DNA of 19,048 bases from a virus, in the IMG/VR virus record IMGVR_UViG_3300045988_020190, positions 1 to 19,048 of that record. One strand, given 5' to 3'. Shown here piece by piece: positions 13,609 to 19,048 of the stretch. Each line of letters opens with the position of its first letter. Position 1 is the first letter of the stretch. A program made the position numbers and the translations under genes. The notes below the pieces were generated by a model that searched no databases, had not been told where the DNA came from, and was given only the letters and a program-made list of their open reading frames with translations.

Positions 13609-15066
13609 ATGGCTACGGTATATACAAAAACCGATAATTACGGCCTAAACCTTTACGGTGACAATGACCCCGCCGACTTGCGAGACGGCTACAACGGCTC
13701 CATGCGCACCATCGATACCACTTTGGAAACCCACCTCAATCGCATTGAGGGCGTGGAAGCGCGAGAAACCCATGACGAAGCAGTGATGAAAGCACTGCTT
13801 GTGGACAATACGGTGGATAACGCTACCGCCGCGAAAACCAAGTGGGATAAAGCCAGTACAGACGCCGTTGAAGCAATGGCGGACGCTGCTTCAGCAGTCG
13901 GAAAAGCCAATGCGAATACCGCTATCCTCACCGCACTGGGAGCCGACACTACCGCACACGCCACCGCCAATAAGATCAAGTGGGATAAAGCGGGTGCGGA
14001 CGCAACCACAGCCAACGATAAGGCCGATTCCAATACGGAAATCCTCACCGCATTGGGGGCCGACAACGTAGAACATGCTACCGCCGCGAAAAACGAGTGG
14101 AACAAAAACACGACGGACATTGCGGCATTGTCTACCTCAGTGGGGAGTAATTCCTCCCAGATCGCGAGTATTCTCGAAAAACTGGGACAGTCTCAATATT
14201 CGGACGGATATTTGGTTACGTTCGGTGATTCATACGCTGATAACACGCGGGAACGTACATGGTCATACCAATTGTCTACCATGCTCCCCGAACTGACGTG
14301 GAAAAACTACGCGAAAGCCGGCGCAGGATTTAACGTGTCCGGCATTCCAACGTTCGCACAGCAGGTTGCTAACTGCGTTGCCGATGCTACCGTGGATAAG
14401 TCCAAGGTCAAGGTCGCCGTCTGCGCCGGTGGCCGCAACGATATCCTAAACTATGATACCGGATTGCCGAAGGCACGTGAGGTTGTGTCGGCAATGATCG
14501 CAGCGTTTCCGAACGCGATCATCGTTATAGCTCCCATGCTTTTCGATCACGCCACGCTCAATGAAGACGGCATGAATAAATACAGTGGATTGTTCAGCGG
14601 TGCGATCGCGGGCGGTTTGGGCAATCATCGTGTGGTGGTGGCTGACAGCGCTTATGTTTGGTGCAAGAGCGAAACCGGCTGGTTCCCTTCGGGCGATATT
14701 CACCCTAATGAGACTGGCGCTAAGGTTATCGCAAAATACCTGTACACGGCGTGTCGTGATAGTTACCGCGGCAGACAGGAGTATGCCGTTTCCATGCTCG
14801 GCAGTATGCCCGTGGAGTTTAAACTGCAAAACGGCATTATCACGGCAGACGGACAGGGGCAGATTCCGTCGATAGGCGAAGGTAAGGGTGGAGATTTGGC
14901 GAAATGGGCATATCCACGGCACAATATTTGGCCGTGGATAGTGACAAACGGCAACAAATCTCAGCCGAGACTTGCATATATCCAGCCGAATGGAGTGTGG
15001 GGTATTTTCGACGCCACCACCGCAGACCAAGGCAACGCGAGCTTCATGGCATCCTACGCCGCCTAG
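13609..15066 (+). CDS. Tail fibre / receptor-binding protein with an SGNH (GDSL) hydrolase domain, 485 aa
   Basis: AAAAGGA RBS. N-terminal anchor module (NYGLNLYGDNDPADLRDGYNGSMRTIDTTL). Tandem Ala/Thr-rich shaft repeats. SGNH blocks: I LVTFGDSYAD, II NYAKAGAG, III CAGGRND, V GDIHPNETG. Confidence 0.8.
   Translation: MATVYTKTDNYGLNLYGDNDPADLRDGYNGSMRTIDTTLETHLNRIEGVEARETHDEAVMKALLVDNTVDNATAAKTKWDKASTDAVEAMADAASAVGKANANTAILTALGADTTAHATANKIKWDKAGADATTANDKADSNTEILTALGADNVEHATAAKNEWNKNTTDIAALSTSVGSNSSQIASILEKLGQSQYSDGYLVTFGDSYADNTRERTWSYQLSTMLPELTWKNYAKAGAGFNVSGIPTFAQQVANCVADATVDKSKVKVAVCAGGRNDILNYDTGLPKAREVVSAMIAAFPNAIIVIAPMLFDHATLNEDGMNKYSGLFSGAIAGGLGNHRVVVADSAYVWCKSETGWFPSGDIHPNETGAKVIAKYLYTACRDSYRGRQEYAVSMLGSMPVEFKLQNGIITADGQGQIPSIGEGKGGDLAKWAYPRHNIWPWIVTNGNKSQPRLAYIQPNGVWGIFDATTADQGNASFMASYAA
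13822..14133 (+). repeat. In-frame tandem coding repeats (46-aa, 39-aa and a partial unit) in the fibre shaft
   Basis: Units start at 13822, 13960 and 14077 (ATA[AN]K.KWDKA...NT.ILTALGAD...H). ATCCTCACCGCA recurs at 13924 and 14041, and GCTACCGCCGCGAAAA at 13822 and 14077. Confidence 0.85.
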
Positions 15067-15080
15067 CATTGTCTGATATC

Positions 15081-15120
15081 AATAGCCATACACTATACTT
15101 GGTGTATGGCTATTACTTTT
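15081..15120 (+). terminator. 13-bp perfect stem-loop plus T-tract after the fibre gene; its 3' arm contains the next gene's ATG
   Basis: AATAGCCATACAC-TATACTTG-GTGTATGGCTATT followed by ACTTTT. ATG 15106-15108 lies inside the 3' arm. Confidence 0.7.
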
Positions 15121-16317
15121 ACCCAATGGATTGACCAGACGAAAAACCGTTTTTGGGACATGGACGGGGCTTATGGGGCGCAATGCTGGGACTTGTGGGC
15201 TAAGTACAGCATGGACATGTATGGCATGAGCATACAGGATTGCATAACCCCTACCGGCTATGCGGGAGGCTTATATACCTCATACCCGGTATCCGCGCGG
15301 TGCGAACAAGTGTACGAGCGCATCCCCGCCAATGGGTATCAGCCGGTGGCGGGCGACGTTGCAATATGGGGATACGGCACGTATACCCCTTACACTCATG
15401 TGGCGATAGTAGCGGGAGATGGCGTAAAAGACGGGAAAATCTACGTTATCACCCAAAACCCGGACGCAAGCGCGCTGAAATGGTTCCCGATTGACGGATT
15501 ATCGGGTTATCTGCACCCCCGTACCATGCCGAAGCCGGACGTGGATAATCCCACCGGAGACAATAATCAAGGGCACCCCGATACCGGACGTGGCGGAGCG
15601 TGGATACATTGGCAGGGCGACAATCTATATCTACACGAGACAGACAACAGCGGGGCGCGCACCCGTATTTTTTACAAGACAACGGCCAACAATTTTTCCG
15701 AAAAAGCTTCACAAAGTCAGCCGTCCGAAGATAACGGTCAGGCGCACCCGTCAACCTCAGTATCGCCAGAAAACTCGTATGCCTTGTACGTGGTCGGCAC
15801 GGTGGAAGCCGGTTTGCGGTGGGACGCGGTGGAAGCGGCGAACCTCCAAGGCATTGGTATTGCCCAATGGAGTTTCGGACGCCGCTTGCAAGTGCTCAAC
15901 GCGATGAAAGCGGCAGACCCGACCGGCTATGCCGCATTCAAAACAGCTGCTCCCGAGATCGCGGCACTCATGGAGAGCGGGGGAGAATTTACACGAAACC
16001 TCACACAAGCAGAAGCGGAAGCATTCGAGACATGGGCGCAACGCAGTGAATCCCATGAGGGACAGCGCAAGCAGTTCGCGGAAGACTATACAGGATACCC
16101 GCAAGAATACGAAGATGATAAAATGCAGATCTTGTGGGTAACGGCATATCATCAATCACCCGCTAACGCACTCAAAGTCCCGAAGGCGAACAGTCTTGCG
16201 GGGTTACGTGATAATATTCTCGCCACATATCCATTCCAGCCTTACGGCAACCGATATAATCAGGCGTATTCATTGCTGTCCGTGTGGGATGGAAAATCGA
16301 ATCCGCCATCATTCTAA
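15106..16317 (+). CDS. Virion-associated peptidoglycan hydrolase (phi29 gp13 analogue): N-terminal CHAP domain plus C-terminal lysozyme-like domain, 403 aa
   Basis: The CHAP catalytic context is DGAYGAQCWDLW (Cys), GDVAIW, THVAIV (His) and QNPD. The C-terminal VEAG...GIGIAQWSFGRRLQVL resembles the phage tail lysozyme / GH23-like E...G.G[LI].QW motif. The gene sits at the end of the tail module. Confidence 0.75.
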   Translation: MAITFTQWIDQTKNRFWDMDGAYGAQCWDLWAKYSMDMYGMSIQDCITPTGYAGGLYTSYPVSARCEQVYERIPANGYQPVAGDVAIWGYGTYTPYTHVAIVAGDGVKDGKIYVITQNPDASALKWFPIDGLSGYLHPRTMPKPDVDNPTGDNNQGHPDTGRGGAWIHWQGDNLYLHETDNSGARTRIFYKTTANNFSEKASQSQPSEDNGQAHPSTSVSPENSYALYVVGTVEAGLRWDAVEAANLQGIGIAQWSFGRRLQVLNAMKAADPTGYAAFKTAAPEIAALMESGGEFTRNLTQAEAEAFETWAQRSESHEGQRKQFAEDYTGYPQEYEDDKMQILWVTAYHQSPANALKVPKANSLAGLRDNILATYPFQPYGNRYNQAYSLLSVWDGKSNPPSF

Positions 16318-16322
16318 ACATG

Positions 16323-16331
16323 TGATATAAT
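16323..16331 (+). promoter_or_regulatory. Candidate promoter (extended -10 TGaTATAAT) upstream of the packaging ATPase gene
   Basis: CATGTGATATAAT starts 2 nt after the stop codon at 16315-16317. It shares a 12-mer with 2996-3007. Confidence 0.4.
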
Positions 16332-16382
16332 AAGCATTGTCGGCATGTGATTACTTCCCTTGAGCCGACCGTAACTATATAC

Positions 16383-16418
16383 GGGGAGTATGACGGTGGT
16401 CATGACGTCATACTCCCC
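16383..16418 (+). promoter_or_regulatory. 13-bp perfect stem-loop upstream of the ATPase RBS (terminator-like or 5' UTR structure)
   Basis: GGGGAGTATGACG-GTGGTCATGA-CGTCATACTCCCC followed by ATTATTGTTATC. An alternative inner hairpin is ATGAC-GGTG-GTCAT, and the TGACGTCA palindrome lies within it. Confidence 0.55.
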
Positions 16419-16449
16419 ATTATTGTTATCATCATTTGGAGGTGAGCAC

Positions 16450-17517
16450 ATGGTACTACAGACATTGGCCGAAGACGATTACTACGACTTGCATAATCTG
16501 CTCACCCGTAACGCACCATGGAATTTCGTGATCGGCGCACGCGGACTCGGCAAAACCTTTGCCGCGAAACGATACGGAATCAAGGACTATATTAAAAACG
16601 GTCACGAATTCATCTACCTTCGTCGAACTGACGTGGAACAACATCGTAAGGAAACCTTTTTCAAAGATATTCAAGAGTTTTTCCCGCAGTACGAGTTCCG
16701 TGTGAACGGTGAAAAGGGGCAAATTCATAAAACTTCATGGGACGAAAAGGATTGGCGGACATGCTGTTATTTCGTCGCACTCTCACAGGCGGGCGGACTG
16801 AAGTCAGTAGCCTATCCTAAAGTTCACTTGATTATTTTCGACGAGATTTTCCCCGACAATCTGCGGTTTTTAAGCAATGAGGTAAACAGTTTTAGCGAGT
16901 TTTACAATACCGTTGACCGTTGGCAGGATAGGACAAAAGTACTGTTTCTGTCTAACGCCGTACAAAAAGCTAACCCCTATTTCGCGAAATACCGACTTGA
17001 CATTGGCGCACAGCAAGCCAACCAGCAACAATACAAGCTCTATTGCGGCGGGTTCGTATGTTTGGAATTGGCTGATTATGGAGGTTTCTCGGCCAAAGTC
17101 GCGCAATCAAAATTCGGACGATTTCTCGAACAATACGACGAGGATTATGCGGACTATGCGATTCGCAACAAATTCCGTGACGAATCGGACACGTTGCTAG
17201 CGCCAATACCCTCAGACGGCGAGCTATCCTACATTTTAGACACCACCGACTATGCACGGTTCGGCATATGGATATCCGTGTCCGAACGCGATGGACATGT
17301 TTCACAATATGTTTCACGGCGCATTCCCAAAGACAACACCCGCCCTGTCTACACATTAGACCCCAATCATGTTGACGAAAAAACGTGGTACGTCAAAAAA
17401 TCGGATGATATTATAAGGCGACTCACCACCGGCTATCGACTGGGTAAAATAAGATTCGATGATTCACAGGTCAAGGCCGATTTTGGCTTGATTATTGGAG
17501 AATTACTAGGAAAATAG
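16450..17517 (+). CDS. DNA encapsidation (packaging) ATPase, phi29 gp16-like, 355 aa
   Basis: GGAGGTG RBS before ATG 16450. The Walker A context NFVIGARGLGKT matches gp16 NFVIGARGIGKS. Walker B is HLIIFDE. FLSNAVQKANPYF matches CLSNAVSVVNPYF. Confidence 0.95.
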   Translation: MVLQTLAEDDYYDLHNLLTRNAPWNFVIGARGLGKTFAAKRYGIKDYIKNGHEFIYLRRTDVEQHRKETFFKDIQEFFPQYEFRVNGEKGQIHKTSWDEKDWRTCCYFVALSQAGGLKSVAYPKVHLIIFDEIFPDNLRFLSNEVNSFSEFYNTVDRWQDRTKVLFLSNAVQKANPYFAKYRLDIGAQQANQQQYKLYCGGFVCLELADYGGFSAKVAQSKFGRFLEQYDEDYADYAIRNKFRDESDTLLAPIPSDGELSYILDTTDYARFGIWISVSERDGHVSQYVSRRIPKDNTRPVYTLDPNHVDEKTWYVKKSDDIIRRLTTGYRLGKIRFDDSQVKADFGLIIGELLGK

Positions 17518-17528
17518 GAGGATAATTA

Positions 17529-17900
17529 ATGACAATGACAGCAACGGACGTGTGGTGTGTGTTCGCGGTAGTCTTTTTCATTATCGTGGATTATGTCACC
17601 GGCATTGCCAAAGCCATCTTGCAAGATACGCTCAGCTCCCAAAAAATGCGTCAAGGATTATGGCATAAATTCGCCTACCTCATGCTCACATTGGTAGCCT
17701 ATTTTGTGGACATGATCAATCTACATGTAGATCTCGGATTGCCGGTCAGCATGTTTGTATGCACTGTAGGCGGTATCAGTCTCATCGAGCTTACCTCTAT
17801 TTTGGAAAACATTACCACAATCAATCCCGAACTTGCGGACGCCCCATTTATGAGCGTATTTGCAAACAACAATACCCCCAAACACAAGAAGGAAAACTAA
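17529..17900 (+). CDS. Holin (Phage_holin_4_1 / TcdE-like family), 123 aa
   Basis: AGGAGG RBS. The protein has three hydrophobic segments. Family-typical motifs are DYVTGIAKA and ELTSILENI. It sits directly upstream of the endolysin gene. Confidence 0.8.
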   Translation: MTMTATDVWCVFAVVFFIIVDYVTGIAKAILQDTLSSQKMRQGLWHKFAYLMLTLVAYFVDMINLHVDLGLPVSMFVCTVGGISLIELTSILENITTINPELADAPFMSVFANNNTPKHKKEN

Positions 17901-17901
17901 C

Positions 17902-18579
17902 ATGGATATCCAGACATGGCTAAACAACGTTAACGGACAGACTATCGACATGGACGGCGCATACGGCGGACAATGTTGGGACTTATGGAGCAGTTACGCC
18001 CGAAACGTATACGGCATTCCAGCAGCCGACACCAACACCGTAGACGGATACGCCGCAAGCGTCTATTCTGCGCGATATGATCGTTCGCAAGCATTGCAAA
18101 ACACATTCAGCCGCGAAAGCGCCAACTACACACCGTCTTACGGTGACGTGGCATTTTGGAACGGTAACGGCATGAATCATGTGGCAATCGTAGTGCGAGA
18201 CAATGGCAACGGGACTCTTAACACTATGTCACAGAATCCAAACAAAGCCGGATACGTCACGATCAGCAAGAACGGTATCATCGGATACTTCCACCCGCGC
18301 ACGGCAACCACACCCGCACCAGCACCAGCAAACAATAACGTAACCATCATTCCACGAACCTACAAAGTCAACGTTGACGTGCTCAACGTGAGGTCTGCTC
18401 CATCCACTTCAGCACAGGTAGTAGCTCAGTATCACTACGGACAGACCGTCAATTTGGCCGAAGGTGGTACGATCGCAGACGGATACATTTGGGCACACTA
18501 CACGGGCGGGTCAGGCGCAACACGATACATTGCACTCGCACCAGCCGACAAATCAGCATGGTACCTCGTATTCGCCTGA
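17902..18579 (+). CDS. Endolysin: CHAP domain plus C-terminal SH3b-type cell-wall-binding domain, 225 aa
   Basis: AAGGAAA RBS. ATG 17902 is 1 nt after the holin stop. CHAP motifs are DGAYGGQCWDLW, GDVAFW, NHVAIV and QNPN. A Pro/Ala/Thr linker follows. The SH3b pattern is LNVRSAPSTSAQVVAQYHYGQTV...DGYIWAHY. Confidence 0.85.
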   Translation: MDIQTWLNNVNGQTIDMDGAYGGQCWDLWSSYARNVYGIPAADTNTVDGYAASVYSARYDRSQALQNTFSRESANYTPSYGDVAFWNGNGMNHVAIVVRDNGNGTLNTMSQNPNKAGYVTISKNGIIGYFHPRTATTPAPAPANNNVTIIPRTYKVNVDVLNVRSAPSTSAQVVAQYHYGQTVNLAEGGTIADGYIWAHYTGGSGATRYIALAPADKSAWYLVFA

Positions 18580-18593
18580 TATGACGGCATGAA

Positions 18594-18624
18594 AAAGCCC
18601 CTAGGCTAATAACCTAGGGGCTTT
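18594..18624. terminator. Bidirectional terminator between the convergent endolysin gene and the right-end gene
   Basis: AAAGCCCCTAGG-CTAATAA-CCTAGGGGCTTT (12-bp stem). An A-run upstream gives a U-tract on the minus strand. TTACTTATT lies downstream on the plus strand. Confidence 0.8.
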
Positions 18625-18629
18625 ACTTA

Positions 18630-18875
18630 TTACCACGTCCGAGCGAAAGCTTCAATATCCTCAGCAGAAAATAGAAACAAATCATCGTCCGTTTCATAAG
18701 GCAAAAGAAACTGGTACGAATCATACTGAGCCACACCATAATCATCCACAGCCTGATCACGATCAATAGCGCTCGTAATATCATCCTTAACGCCCTGAAG
18801 CGTCACAGCCGGGTCATTCCACAGCGTAGTCAGCAGGTCATTCTTCTCATTCTGAGTCATATCTTGAATCTTCAT
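18630..18875 (-). CDS. Small, very acidic right-end early protein (81 aa); function unknown
   Basis: This is the only credible minus-strand gene. RBS CAAGGGAAAG precedes ATG 18875 (M25 of the track ORF). My count is 18 Asp/Glu versus 5 Lys/Arg. Confidence 0.7.
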   Translation of the reverse strand: MKIQDMTQNEKNDLLTTLWNDPAVTLQGVKDDITSAIDRDQAVDDYGVAQYDSYQFLLPYETDDDLFLFSAEDIEAFARTW

Positions 18876-18908
18876 TTTATTTTTCTTTCCCTTGAAGTTG
18901 ATAGTTAT

Positions 18909-18917
18909 ACAATAACA
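18909..18917 (-). promoter_or_regulatory. Candidate right-end early promoter (TGtTATTGT on the minus strand)
   Basis: This is the mirror position of the left-end TGtTATGAT, within the imperfect inner ITR. It has the same geometry relative to the first inward-facing gene. Confidence 0.25.
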
Positions 18918-18929
18918 CAAACAAAAACA

Positions 18930-19048
18930 CGACACGCCCGAAAACAAACGAACGCAGAATATTAAAACACACCTACCTACCGGTCGGTAAGCTACGGTTA
19001 CGTAACCGTAACTTACAGATAATTAGACAACATGAATTAACCCAGTTA
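18930..19048. repeat. Right inverted terminal repeat (ITR)
   Basis: Exact reverse complement of 1-119. The imperfect extension reaches 18912. Confidence 0.95.

Larger units (their letters stand above)
1..19048. mobile_element. Complete linear phi29-like (protein-primed) podophage genome bounded by ITRs
   Basis: ITRs sit exactly at both window ends. The full phi29-type gene set is present: terminal-protein candidate, protein-primed PolB, MCP, tail knob, portal, lower collar, gp16-like ATPase and a lysis cassette. Confidence 0.9.

Noticed and set aside
13822-14133. Regularly spaced direct repeats that could superficially suggest a CRISPR-like or satellite array.
   Set aside because: The units are in-frame, of unequal length (138 and 117 nt), and translate to a coherent repeated peptide within a fibre gene. 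There is no spacer/repeat architecture and there are no cas genes.

Overview
The window is a complete linear phi29-like podophage genome of about 19 kb that replicates by protein priming. It begins and ends with a 119-bp perfect inverted terminal repeat (137 bp with 3 mismatches). Almost all genes are on the + strand. From the left there is an early block of about 11 tightly packed small ORFans (171-3002). Next comes a replication module syntenic with phi29 genes 6-5-3-2: a p6-like DNA-binding protein, a p5-like SSB, a putative terminal protein and a protein-primed family-B DNA polymerase. A structured non-coding interval of about 170 nt follows, with its own extended -10 and intrinsic terminator; it is a candidate pRNA-like RNA. 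The late operon then encodes scaffold, an Ig-domain major capsid protein, a gp9-like tail knob, portal, lower collar and four appendage/fibre genes (one an SGNH esterase). It continues with a CHAP plus lysozyme-like tail lysin, a gp16-like packaging ATPase, a holin and a CHAP-SH3b endolysin. One leftward gene for a very acidic 81-aa protein abuts the right ITR. I saw no tRNA, rRNA, CRISPR array, integrase or transposase. The lysis genes, AGGAGG-type RBSs and extended -10 promoters point to a Gram-positive host; it may be an actinobacterium given the apparently mid-range GC content, but that is speculative. No database search was run. Functional calls rest on visible catalytic motifs, gene order and phi29 protein sequences recalled from memory, so they need BLAST/HHpred confirmation.
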